Below, one piece after another: positions 38,611 to 51,711 of a stretch of DNA of 64,000 bases. The DNA lies in assembly GCA_951804945.1 (NCBI GenBank), contig OX638164.1, positions 23,002,001 to 23,066,000 of the forward strand, given 5' to 3'. The notes below the pieces were generated by a model. The model did no database searches and was not told the origin of the DNA. It was given only the letters and a program-made list of their open reading frames with translations. Source of the DNA: Podarcis cretensis (Eukaryota). Position numbers and translations under genes: made by a program. Every line of letters begins with the position of its first letter. Positions within the stretch are counted from its first letter, which is position 1.

Positions 38611-41600
38611 ATATTCGTGTCCAGGCAAACTGTGGATGAAGGGACTGTAAACTCCCATAGGGTAGCGCCTTGCCGAATTTGTAACAACTTGGAATTAAGG
38701 TTAAAGTGCTTGGCTTGCATATGCTTAAAAAAGAATTGATAGGATCTACAGGACAGAAAGAATTGATAGAATCTACAGGGCCTAGAAAAAGCATCTTATT
38801 GTCAGCCCTAGCAGTAGATTTTTCCAATTACCAGTGCAGTGTAAGGATTAGAATAGGGGGTGGGGGGATCCAGGGCCTGAATGCGGACCTCCAGGTATCT
38901 CTATCTGGCCCTGGGGAATCTCCCCAAGAAACAGCCCTCACCCACCCTGCTTCACTCCTTCCTTAGGTTTTTTAGCCTGGCTGGAATGTGTCCTTGAACC
39001 CTCGTCATGCCTACTGCTTCCTTGGATACTTGATAAAGTGAGGTTGTGCGGGTTATGTAGAAACTAACCTACCATGCAAATGCAAGAATTACATTTCTCC
39101 TCCTCCCACTTTGCTTCTGGGTGCACCCAGCACTGGCATGTGGCCCCCAGTCTGTAGAACCAAATGGTGAAAATGACCTGGAAGGCCTGTAAAGGTCAAC
39201 TTGGTAGCCCACATAACCCGGGGACTATGCCATTCACTGCAATATGTTCATCCACTTGCTTTGAGAGATGCTAATTGGCTGGCTTTGATGCTATGCTTAT
39301 CTGCTGACTTGGGATGCTTGGCTATTGGCCTTGGGAGGGGAGCTACCCATAAGGCTTGGATGCCTGCCACCTAGGCCTTCATTGGTCAGGTGGATCAATG
39401 GGATAGACTAAGAGGGGAGGACTGTTGGCAGTGTGATGCAATTCAGCCCACACTGAAGGCTGATGTGTCTGCACACAAAATAGCAGAGAGAGTCGGGGGG
39501 GGGGACACACCTCCAGACTTCCTAGACTGCCCTTTAACCTTTGTTGCCCTTCCTTCAGGCTAGACTGATACTCTTATGGTTGCTGACCTCATTTCCTACT
39601 TTCCTCTTCTTCACTTCTCAACTTGTGAGGCCCCTTTGTGTATTTGTTGCTGAGATGCAAGAGCAGGTGCAACTCATGGCATTCTCTCATCTTAACTTTG
39701 TTAGAACTAGGATATTTCCCACCAAGCATGTATTTCCTGCAATAAATGCAGCTTCCTCATCTTCCTAAACCCAGAGTCTCAGTGAACTTATGGTATATCA
39801 AGGGTAAAGTGTGTTCCTGCAACAGTGATTTAGTTTTAAGTTCAATTTCTGCTGATGCATTTGAACTCCAAATGCCACCAAGAACCACATGTGACATGCT
39901 GAGCACCCTGGAGGAATCCCCACAAAAGCAATTAAATAAATTAATAATCAGTTCATCCTCTACTCTAATCCCCTTAATACCACCCCAAAGCTATTGTACA
40001 ACCTCAGCAGAGATGCTCCTTAGCAGAAATTGCTTGCTGCTTCTGTTTGCTCACTGCCATGCCACACTAAGCTATCATGCACAGGAATGGGAGTGGGTGG
40101 AGAAATTAAATTGCATTTAAAGGTGAATCTACCCAATTCACACTTTCTGAAATTGCATGAACTTAACACAGCCATCCTTTGAAAACTGCACTTCTCCAAA
40201 TCTTGCAATGCATTTTCTGAAACCCAGTAATGTGTACCAAAATTTAAAAAGGAAAATAAGCATAGAGTAGGGTCCAGTGTGAACTGAAATGCACATATTC
40301 CTGAAAGCAACATGGAAAATGCATTATATCGGGGAACATTGCTTTGCAAAAATGTGTATATTAGGAGAAATTTGCACTAAAATGCTGGTGAATTCCAGGG
40401 AAAGAAAAATCCACAAGCTGAGGTGGAAATGCAGAGAACCCAAGAAAAACCGAAATTGACATATTTGCCCATTCAAAAACACTACCAATTTCTTGCATAC
40501 AACGCAAAACACACATATCTTATTCATCTTTGCAAGTGACAGAGGGCTTGAAAGATATTGCTATGAGACATTCTCTGTCTCTGGAACTCTTTTAAAAAAA
40601 GAAAAAGAAAACTGTTCTAAATGCAAACATGTAAAGATAAGTTGCCATAAAACAGAGAGACTGGCAGGCAGCACAGCCAATCAGATAATCAACATGTTTT
40701 TGCATATGGATACGGACGATGTTAATGTCTCTGGCAAGCATTCCTTTGCCAGAGAGACAGTGAGCGAGCAAAATCATTTCACAGCTGTTATGTAATAGCT
40801 GAACAATTACAGCTTGGGTCACAGCTGTGAAATGTAGGGGTTGTTGTTCTTTCTTTTTTCCAAGAGTGGAACTGAGCCCAACTTTTCCTTTTAACAGCTG
40901 CTTTAAGAATCCGCAATGAGCTGCATCTTTGCAGGTGCAGCCTCTTCAAACATCCCCAAAGGTTTACCGGGTCCCATTATGTGGAAAAGCGCTACAACCA
41001 TTTCCCTTTATTGGGAACAAGTTCTACAGGGTAGATCAAAGCGGGGAGCGATGTGCAGCTTTCCACCGGGATCCGAAACTAGTCTGAATAATGGTTTCTG
41101 ATATCAGTCCTTAAACACACTCACCTATCTAGGGGAAGGGACAGGCTATTTATTACAACACCATTTCCCTCCCATTTTGCAAAAAAATAAAAAATAAAAA
41201 ATCCATACAGAAACAAGCAAACAAATACTGAAACAATAAAACCGCCAACCTAACAGAAGCTACACTTCATCAAACACAAAATTCCCTCTGTGAATCTCAA
41301 AAAAAACCTCTGAAACAGAATTAGATTCACCCAAAGCCTAAAAACTAAACCAGAATGGGAGAGATGAGCCTTCTTGGAGAGGTAGGCCCATAAACCCAGT
41401 GCCACCACAGAGAAGACTCTGCCCCATGTAATCACTTCCCTGTTACTCTGAGGGAATGGGGAAAGGGGAACATGGGGCAAGATTTCCTTAGATGACCTGC
41501 CTGTACAATTAGTTGCGTACGGGAGGCGACAATGGGAGTGCTCAGGTAAGCTGACTGTGTAAGGCAGGAGATAACTGCCTCTCTCTGCTGGTACAGAAGC

Positions 41601-42084
41601 GAAAGCAGGTGCTATGTGGGTCCCACAAAATAGGGTGCCTTTTGCATCCACCGTGGCAGCGTGGCAGTTGCTTCCACATGGTGTGATTCCACACGGCTGT
41701 GGGACGCAGGTGAGTTGCAGAATCACAGGCATTACTCACTTTCCCTTCCGGCTGGTGACAATCAGACTCACCCAAGTGACCCTGCTTATCTGGTACTTTA
41801 ACTCACACCAGTTCTCCAGTGGGATGGGAAGCTGCCTCCCTGCTGCCGTGGACATCTGTGGGGTGGAATGCTAAGGTTAGGGCACCAGATTTGGCGTCCC
41901 AAGGATACACTTTCTTGGAAATCAGTCCAGCTGCAGCCCGCGAGATGTACTTACTCTGCTTTCAAAACTGAAAAGCCATTAGCTATACATGCCTGGTTCT
42001 TATGCAGCGTATCTTTGACGGGAGCGGTTTGCTAATTACCGGGGAAGTATCAGTATCCGGCCGCTGACGAGCCGAAATACTAAC

Positions 42085-42148
42085 CTTGCTGTCGAATAAT
42101 TATGAAGGCAAAAGCCACCCAGCTTCTAAAGAACGACGGGTAATTCAT
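42085..42148 (-). CDS. TECTA: Alpha-tectorin exon 2, first coding exon: signal peptide
   Basis: Long pyrimidine tract ending ctctag|G ATG, then MNYPSFFRSWVAFAFIIIRQQ (human recalled as [21 protein letters not shown]). Donor G|GTTAGT. 64 coding nt, phase 1, joins exon 3 in frame. The exon starts one base before the ATG (42149). Confidence 0.94.
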
Positions 42149-42614
42149 CCTAGAGGAAGAGGAAGGAGAAAAAGTGCAGCAAATCAGTCGCCCATCCAGA
42201 ACCAGGTCCCATATGTAAATCCCACCGTAAAGCGTATGTCAAGATTGCTTCAGCATCGCTTGATGGGACCAGACGGCTTGAAATTTGGGAAACCAGTCAC
42301 TTCATCCGTGCCCACAAACACAAAACCTCTTAATTAGGTCGCGGTTAACGACACCGCTCTTGTTTGAAAAGGGGAACAAAGGGTTTGTTTGGCTCATTTT
42401 GTCGGGGCAAACTCAGGGAACAATGCCGGAGGGGGCAAGTTTGCTAGAAAGTGCTACCAGTGTCAGCTTTAATAGGTCTGAATATGAAAATAGCTCGGAG
42501 AGGAAACACTCATTCCCCTAATAACCCCAAATGATTCCTCAATGATCTCCACGCTACAAAGCTTTTGGTTGAACAGATTCTTATTGTATACCAAAACGAG
42601 AGCCAATTATCTAC

Positions 42615-42900
42615 CGTGGAGTGCTCTCCTCGCTGGAAAACTTTCAGTGCTGCTTTAACTAATCCTTCCTTCTTCTTCTTCGTCTTCTTCTTCCCTTTCT
42701 GTATCAGCTGGTGAGGCAAAGAACACTTCACATTTCTTGACTGGTAGGATGGGAGGACAAACATTGACATAGCTGCCCATCTTTTGCGTTAACACAGATA
42801 TCAGTTTTGCAAAGGATTCGGCGGGGGGGGGGCGTGTGTGGAGACGAGATAAAAACGAAGCTCCATAAATAATATAGAAATCCTACGTGGGTATTTTAAT
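42615..42900 (-). promoter_or_regulatory. Candidate TECTA non-coding exon 1 and core promoter
   Basis: Repeat-free, relatively CpG-retaining block upstream of exon 2. Candidate donor CCACG|GTAGAT at 42615/42614. AT-rich TATA-like tract (TATATTATTTAT on minus) near 42865-42876. Inference only; 5' boundary unknown. Confidence 0.35.
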
Positions 42901-43192
42901 TCCTTTCGTGCCCTGAGGAATTTGTTATACATTATTAATCCGGTACAAAATCGCTCTCAATGTAAAGTGCTCAGAGTTTCATTACCTTTGCATTTTTATT
43001 AAATCAGGGCCAGATTTTTGCATTTCTGCCCAGGAATCTGTTGCAAAAGAGAGAAACATGGACTGCCACTCTGGACCAGGTGAAAGGCTCTTGTATTAAT
43101 TTGCAAGGCCCTTAATGACTTGGGTTCAAGGTACCTCAAGGACTGCTTGATCCCTCTTATCCCTGCCCGGTCACTGAGGTCCTCGGGAAAGT

Positions 43193-43564
43193 CACTGCTT
43201 TTTCGAGGCAAAAAAGGTGCCGGACCGAATGTCCCTCGGAAGACCCACTGCAGAGCCCAAAGAGGATCTCTTTGGGCTGGGGGGTGGGGAGGGTCTTTTC
43301 ATGAGCCAGAGGCTTGTTGAGGCTGCTCAGCTGAGGCAAGCCCCCAGCCCGCCTCTCCAGCTCATGTGAGCCAGAGCAATGTGGGGGCTTGCTCAGTTGA
43401 GGAATGGGACATCCTCTACAGGCTCCTGAAAGGGTCTCTTCACAAGCTGGAGGTGCAGCGGAGCTTTGTTGAGGCTGGTCAGAGCTCTCCCCCCACTTCT
43501 GGGACCCAGCTGAGAGGTGCCGGAATGCTGTTCCGGCCTGTTCTGGCTGGGAAAAAAAGCCCTG
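43193..43564. mobile_element. hAT-like non-autonomous element (relative at ~7578-7713)
   Basis: ca..gcttttt...aaaaaaagccctg ends and gaggtgccggaa subterminal motifs shared by the two copies. Confidence 0.55.
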
Positions 43565-43643
43565 CTGCTAATGGTCACCATGGCTCAGCTGCATGGCTTA
43601 GATCAGCGGTTCTCGACCTGTGGGTCCCCAGATGTTGTTGGAC

Positions 43644-43790
43644 CAGTGGCGTAGCGTGGGTTGTCAGCACCCGGGGCAAGGCAAGTAATTTGCGCCCCCT
43701 AACCCGTGGATTTGCGCCCCCTAACCCTAACCCCCAGATGTTGCGCCCGGTGCGGCCGGCCCCCCCTGCACCCCCCACGCTACGCCACTG
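43644..43790. mobile_element. Young hAT MITE nested in another MITE
   Basis: Perfect 17-bp TIR cagtggcgtagcgtggg, perfect 8-bp TSD tgttggac, CpGs intact. Confidence 0.92.
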
Positions 43791-44759
43791 TGTTGGACTA
43801 CAACTCCCATCATCCCTGAGCTCTGGTCTTGCTAGCTAGGGGTGATTTTGTGGTACTACCATCCAGTTGAGGTCATTCAGGCCCCTTCTCTCTGCCCAAC
43901 TTCTGATGCTTAGTAAATACTTTTTTTCTAGCAGGCATTTTAACAGAAGCCTGCTTTTACAGTTTTAACTGATTATCGCCTTTTCTGTATTGTGTTTCGT
44001 GTACAGCACTGAAGAGACGACTGCCATTAAGCGGTATCTTACTCATGTAGATAAATAATAATACAGAACTCACATGGCTGTCTTCAACAAAGTTCAACTC
44101 AGAGTAGAACCCACTGAAATGAATGAACCTGTTTGCTGTGCCCATTAACTTCAATGGGTCTACTCTGGGTAGGTCCATCACTGGAGACAACCCACAATGC
44201 CTCCTGCATTTAGTTCAATGGGGGGGGGAGAGCAGCCCCAGGACACCCACAGAGCTGACCCTCCTTTGAAGGGAGCTGTGTGGGGCTCTGAATATGGGGC
44301 AAAGCAGTGGCATAAAGGGGGTTTACAGATTATTATTATTATTATTAAAATCTACAATTGTGCCCAAGTCAGTCTGGAGCACTGAATGTCAGCACAAGTC
44401 GTACAAAGATCCCACAGATAAACTCAGTTGGTAGAGCATGGAGACTCTTGAATTATTATTGTTTTATTAAATATTTTCTTAATCTCAGGGTCATGCCCAC
44501 ACTGCTCAAAAGATTCTTGCATTGCAGGGAACTGGACTAGATGACACTCATGTTTCCTTCCAACTTTATAATTCTTTGATTCTATGAACCCAGAATGGTT
44601 ACATACACACGTATATGCTAGGAGACGACAATGGGACTAGTATAGGATTCGATATATCTTCAGAAACCTGAGCAAAAGCCAGCAAAATACAGTAGCAACT
44701 ACAGCTGCAGTCATCTGCACATACCGGGTTGTAGCCAACTGAATCCATACTTAGTAGAC

Positions 44760-44899
44760 TAAGGTTACCAGACGTCCCCGGTTCCTGGGGACAGTCCCTG
44801 GATTTACAAATCAGTTCCCTGACAAAATCCATCTATTTAGTAGGAAGTTGAAAAGTGACCCCGGATTCACTGGGGGCGGGGGGAAATCTGGTAACCTTA
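44760..44899. mobile_element. hAT (Blackjack-like) MITE nested in a short palindromic repeat
   Basis: TIR taaggttaccaga / tctggtaacctta. TSD tagtagac / gagtagac (7/8). Confidence 0.82.
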
Positions 44900-45348
44900 G
44901 AGTAGACCCACTGAAATCAATGAATTTTCATTGGATCCACTCTGAGCATGGATTCAGTTGGATACAACCTGCCACCTTCAAGTCCCTCTGTAAATGAGCA
45001 GAACTTACTTCTGAAACAAGCGTTGGGTCAGGCTCTATCATGAGCCATTGAAAGCAATGGAGCAGGACTTCAATATGATGAATTTCAATCAGTTGATTTC
45101 CATGGGACTTTGCTACAAATAGCTTTCCCACCATTTCCCCAATCTATTATTATTATTATTATTTCTTAAATTTGTTTACCACCCTATTCTCACAGGTCTC
45201 AGGGCGGTTCGCAGTCTTGAGGGGACAGGAAGAGGATGGGCTCCCATGCACCCATGGTTATCATAACTAACTTTTACTGGATTCAGATGTCGCCTTTCTT
45301 CTGCAGTGTAAAGCTATCATTAATGTACCTGTGTCTAACATTCTCTCT

Positions 45349-45383
<35 letters not shown>

Positions 45384-48300
45384 ACAGATTCATTTTCCTA
45401 AAACGTAGGAGTGACAGAGATATAATTATAAAACTGTACAATGGAAAAGAGAGATATATGTAATGACATACTAACATTCTATGTAAGTTTAATGTGTGCA
45501 TGATAGGTATAGGATAAAGATATCAAGATGAAATTTCAGCATTTATCTATATATATAACCAGGAACTGACATTGATATAGCAAATGTGACATGTTCCATC
45601 AAATAAATCCAGAGTTCCTGGAATACTGAACATATTTCTGGATTGTTACAAGGGCAGAATTAATTTCAGCTCCTCAAACTTTTTGCTGGGCTCCTAAATG
45701 GCAGACAAAGAGAAGTTCAACTCTGCCTATTTTACAAGACATCACTGAAATGCTGTCATAAAAGCAGGCTTGCAAGGGACAGACTCAGAGGAAGTTAAGA
45801 TTTAAAAAACATATACATGGAAAAGAAATCACCAACCTGGTTTGTGGCGAAGAAAATTTAAATCTGAAATAGAAAACCCAAAACTTGGAAAAACCTGGGG
45901 AAAAGAAATGATGTCAAGGGCACATGCCAAAAGCCCCCTTTCTAATTATGGTTGATGGCTGATGCCCCCCCCCAAAAGTCCTTTTGGTCTTTCTATTGAA
46001 AATCAACACAAAGCTTTTCTCCCCCTTTATGGAGTAGTGACGAGTTCCAATTCAGGACAAAATCCACTTTCCCATTCTAAGGGTTATTGACAAGTTGGCT
46101 CATCAAAAAACGCAGATCAAAAACGTGGGCCGTGTAAGTCAGGAGCAGCCTCTCACTCTTGTTCTTTCTGAAAAGTTAAACCTTCCAGTGGATCCAGGAG
46201 GGAAATGTCAAAGCTACAAGGAACCAGGTATGTGGCTGTTTTGACCAGAATCACTTTTCACTTACAAGGGGGGAGAGAAAAAAACTACAAAAGGCGGAGG
46301 AAAAGGACCCCTTCCTTCTTTGTGCTCCCGACGGAGGGTCTATATAGTATTACAAAATTAGCATTAAACAGCATAGGAATTAAGCACACACACACACACA
46401 CACGAAGTGAGGGCTGTTGGCTTCCAAGTTAATTGTACTCTGGTTTATTTTACATTCAAACAGATGTCCAGAAACCAGTTGAGGTTTTCCAGTCTGCCAA
46501 ATCCATGCCCCACCTTTCAGCCTGGCAAACCTGTTGCAAAAAGGCTAAGGGAGGGGGGTGTTGTTTCAGGAAAGAACCTGGCTATAGAGTTGCCAATTTA
46601 TAAGGGAACAAACCAGCACTGCCTGTTCTAGCAGCTTGTTCTGCAGCGTTTTGTGGCTTGGCAACTTAGCACAAGCGCTCAGTAATGTCTGCAGGGATTC
46701 AGCGGTTGTTAAGGGCAGAGTGACAATTGGTTGAGAAGCTGGTGACCTCTTATCTATCCATTTCCCCCTATCCTAGCACTTTGTCCACTGCAAGATGTGT
46801 TGGAATTAGGGGTGCCAACTTGAACAAAAAATATTTTTTTTTTGGGGGGGAGACCTAGGTAAGCCCTGCCCTGCATAATTGGTTCTGTACCATTTATTCA
46901 CCAGCACATCCCTAACTGCAGTGCAGATTAAGTCAACTCCCTAGTCTAGTTAGTGGCTCAAAGACATGTGAACTGAAATTAAGAGAATAGAATTTGGATG
47001 TCCATTGTCCCAAGATAATCCACACAGGATCCCAAAGCAAAAATGGAGGCACAAATCTGTTCTGCAAGACACACCAATGGAGACACTGCAACACTGCCGA
47101 CGTGTTTCAGTCCAAATTACATGTGCATTAATCCATCCTGTTCCCATTAGGACACTCGCTTTGGCACTTTTTATCAGTTAGAATATGTCTTAATTGGTAA
47201 AATGGTCACACCTGTCATTTCCGGTTATTTTGAAGAGTTCCCAAATGATGATATAATGTAATTTGGGAAGCAGTGCTTGCAGAGAGACTGATGCAGAAGT
47301 TTCAGGTGGATGGAGGGCAGAAACATAGAAAATTTCATGGCAGACTGATGGCCATTTATTCAACATTAGAACAAAGACTCTGTAGGACAAGTAGTACCTG
47401 TCTAAAATATACCACTGTGCTCATTTCTTTCCTTAATACTGGTTTCAACAACCTTCAGACACTCTCCACTTCAGTGGTCAAAGGAACCTGACGGTTATCA
47501 TTCTGACTTGACTTATGACTTCAAGTTTGGAAAGTCAGGATATTTGGTTCAATTCTATTCCATATGCAATAATTATAATAATGAAGAGATGTCGTTGGGC
47601 ACCAAGGAAGAAGGCATAATGTCTTCTCAGAATGTATTATAGAATTAGGTCTAGTTACTTGCCCTAGTGAGGTTGATAGTTGGAAGAGTTGTGTGAGGAA
47701 GGTGGAGTGATCAGTGTCAGCTAGGATTCAATCCAAGGCTGCCTTTCCCTTCTGCCTGCAGAAATTAAAGAGACCTGCCCCAACATTTTGCTTACTGAAC
47801 AAAACCAATGCCATCTCTTCTACAAAGGACATGTGACAAAGTCTTCAGTCTTCAGGCCATGAGTCTTCCATGGCACTTCTGGTAACTAAATCTCAGGTAG
47901 CCTAGCATGAGCTCTCTGAAGCTCAGGGGTTTCAAATCCCTGCATTCCTTTCGGAAGTCATTGCCAATGCCACACACCCTGCGTGCCCAGGTTACAGTTT
48001 TGTGGATTGGCACAGCTGCAACCACTGCGGCAGTTATCAAATGAGATATACACTGGGCCATTGCAACTGGAGTGATGCAGGTGGTCTTTGTTGCAATGGG
48101 AGGAACTGGATCTTCTGGAACCAAGCTTTAGTAGGTGCACTCAATATACCATAGCACTGCCAGCTCCATGGGTGGCTTTGTGGCATGACACTTTAGTGGT
48201 GGGGCACTCGTCCTTGCTGCTGTTACTCCTTGCCACCGCTGAATGCTCACATGCCTGAGAGGGATAGGCAACTGAGCGAATATATTGCGGCAACAGCTGC

Positions 48301-50813
48301 TCCTCACTGTTCCTGTTTAAGCCGCTTAATCCAAACCAGAGAGAAAGAGCAGCTACAGCCGAAGTCAGGAAACTCTTGCCATGCCAACCTCCAAAGGTGA
48401 TCCTGCAGACTGAAATAACTTCTATCCGGGGTGCTCCACTCTTGCTCAATCCCATCTCCTCCTGTATTTAAACTAGATGGCCAGAATTGCTACATCAACT
48501 GTGTGATCCTATACATGTCTACTGAGTTCGATCGGACTTGGTCCCCAGTGAGTGGGCACGGGATTGCAACTCAAGGATCCATGGCAAGTCTATATGGCAG
48601 CATTAGCAAACAATGCCTGATTTAATTAGCATGCAGTCTGATGGACCAGCAGATGTTGTAGCAACTTCTTGAAAAACCATTACTAGTTTTAAAATGATAT
48701 ATGTTATATAATTGACCTGTGTTTTTCCCCACACCCCTAGCTACAGTTATAAATCTGATGTGGCTTCTGCTTTTTAGGGATATGCATCATTTATACCCAG
48801 GGGGTCATGTGCAGCCTGCACACCAGTGGCACATGTATTGTAGAGTTCAGCAATCTAAGAATGTCAGTGCTGAGAAGTTCCAAACCACCATGGTTGGGCG
48901 TTTTGCAGCATGAAAATGGTAGGTGCTATCTAGGGAGATTTAGGACTACCAAACTTCTTTTGAAACCAGCACTATATAGACAGTTATGTGCCTAAAGGTT
49001 AAATCAGCAAATATTTGCTTATGGGTCAACATTATATGAACTTTGTTACAAGTTCCTCCAACTTCCCCACTTCACTTTTTCGGCATTCTTGTCTCACTGA
49101 AGATGAAAAAGCCAGAGAAGATGCAATATTTTCAGCAGTCTGGGCTTCTGTGCTCAGTTCACAACCTTTTAATTCACTTCTTTAACTTTAAAAAAAATTC
49201 TTAGCCCAATTTCTATCATGCGGACAAATAAATAAATAAATAAATCCCATATACTTCCCCCCAATAAACAGTTTTAGCCCACCATTCCACGGGGGCGGGG
49301 GGGGGGAGAGAATCCAACTTCTTTGCGCAACTTAAGGATAGAAGAATTAAAATACAGGTTAGATAATTTGTATAATTTATTCTGAATGCTAAATTTGGGT
49401 CTAGCATGCACAGAAACTGGTTTCCTTCAAGTTCTGTAGACCAACAAGCCTCCTTAAGGCCATATTTCTAGAACCACATACAGATCACTTCTCATTTGCT
49501 ATGGCTTGGTACCCAGAGACAACAGTTCCCCGAGTTCTGAAGCTAGCACATTCAAATCCCGCAAGTTCAGCACGAACCCGTTAAATGTTGTAGGTAATTT
49601 ACACAATTCATTATTGATTTAAAAGAATTTTTAATACCTCTCATCAGCCAAAAAAAGAAAGCAAAAAAGCAAAACAAAGCTCCCAGAGAGGATTAGAAAT
49701 GTTAATATGAAGCAATGGTAGTGCGTTTTATCAAAGTTCTACCTAGAGCAAACCCACTAAAATTCAAGTTCTACCTAGAGCAAACCCACTAAAACCCATT
49801 CTATGGATTTACCCATTCTGGGCATGCCATTTCATGGCTGCCCAGTTATTTCATGGAAGTGCTACCTATGCCGAACTGGGAAATTTAATTCCAATTGCGA
49901 AGTGGAAAATTGGGAGTTGGAAACGATTTGAGATTTTGCGGGAAAAACAATATATGAACAGCAAAAGCCTCCCCTCCTCCTGGTGACTTTTATTACGCCG
50001 CCCCCCCCCCACCCAGCAACTCCTCTTTAAGGCATGGAGCTTTCTGCAGGTGCCCAACACTGATGAGAACTATAAGCTTGCTTCCTTAAGAAATGAAAGC
50101 TGCAATTCTTAAAGAGGGTGGAGGTGTCCATGCTGGAAACGATGTTCATGGTTCAGAATGTTTCCATCAAGCAAGCCATTCTTCCCGTTCATGCTATTTA
50201 GCTTATTGCACATACACATTTGCCTTCAGACGGTTGTTTGAAAACCACCTTGAGATGGCTGTTTAGAAAGGCAATTCATCAATAATATTTAGTGATAGCC
50301 ATTTTATGCAACAGTGCGCTCGCCTGTTGGTTGGGTGGGTGCTATTGTATAAAGTGGCTGTCACACATATATTCTTCAACGAAAACACCAAAATAGCCTT
50401 CCGCTGAAGAACTTCACACAGAGACCACCCAACATGGCATCATCAGTACTAGTTGTAAACATTTTGTGCAGTTCCACAATCGAAGCATGGCAAGGATGTG
50501 CACAATCTCTCTCCTTTTTTGGGGTGCATTTTTTAAAAACAACACCACCAAAGTGCATGTTCAGGTCAGTGCCTGTGCAGGATGTGGATAGCTGGAGAAT
50601 GCTGTCGTGTGGGATTGGTGACATTTGCAAACTATAGTGGTCCACTAGCTTTACTATGTTAATCCTGCCAAAGAAATTACATCTGGACGGTGTGTGTGTG
50701 TGTGTGTGTGTGTGTTTGAGAGAGCGAGGTACGGTTACATGAAGCTTACTCCCTTTTTCTAATCCTTCTCCCACCTTGCAACCATCTGGTTAAACAACAA
50801 AACTTTAAGATTA

Positions 50814-51282
50814 CAGTGGTACCTTGGTTCTCAAACACCTTGTTACTCAAACAACTTGGAACCCAAACACTGCAAACCCGGAAGTGTTCCGTTTTGTGAA
50901 CTTTTCCCGGAAGCCGAAAGAGCTCCGTTTTGAGTGCCACGCTTCCGTTTTGAGTGTTACGCGGAGGTCTGTCTGTTTTTGCTATTTATTTTGCGTTTTT
51001 ATTTTTGCGGCTCTTTTTGTTTTGTTTTTGTGACTGTGTGGAACCCAGTTCAGCTACTGATTGATTGAAGGTGTGACTGCAGTACATTGTTTATTGCTCT
51101 CATTTTACGGATCAATGGTCTCAGTTAGATAGTAAAATCCATGTTAAACTGCTGTTTTAGGGGTTGTTTTAAAAAGTCTGGAACGGATTAATCCATTTTG
51201 CATTACTTTCTATGGGAAAGCACGTCTTGGTTTTGGAATGGACTACCAGAACGGATTAAGTTTGAGAACCAAGGTACCACTG
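50814..51282. mobile_element. Tigger/mariner-like MITE, 469 bp
   Basis: Perfect 23-bp TIR cagtggtaccttggttctcaaac, TA TSD. Confidence 0.9.
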
Positions 51283-51705
51283 TACTGCTTCTCCCAATCT
51301 CCATGAGTTTTTCCAGAACAGCATGGGTTTTGCACAAGTACCGAACGCCTTCAGAAAATTACACTAGGTGCCAAGGTACCAAGGAATACAAGCGGTAAAA
51401 AAAAAGTTTCTAGCTTTTCTGAATGGAAAGGCACAGCTGGAGTCTCAGAAGATAGATGGCCAAGGGCAGTCTTGCTTCCCGTTCCTTCTCTCTCATGACT
51501 AGCAGAATAATGTAAACACATGCAAAACTTGCTTGATTTGCATAAATTATACAAGCTGCAAAATCCCCCCCCCCTTAAATTATGTGCAGCATTCACACAA
51601 GTTCGGGTATCTCTCTCACAGGCACACATAGACATGGTTGAGATGGCAGCCTCTTTTGATAACAGAAACACATACATGGTTCTTCAGTGAATCCCTTCAT
51701 AAACT

Positions 51706-51711
51706 TTTAAT
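51706..51711 (-). terminator. Candidate TBCEL polyadenylation signal (ATTAAA)
   Basis: ATTAAA on minus followed about 30-50 nt downstream by GU-rich CCATGTATGTGTTTCTGTT. Would give a ~2.6 kb 3' UTR. Other AATAAA hexamers exist, e.g. ~53317. Confidence 0.35.

Noticed and set aside
43720-43735. Interstitial telomere
   Set aside because: Only two CCCTAA units, and they lie inside a MITE.
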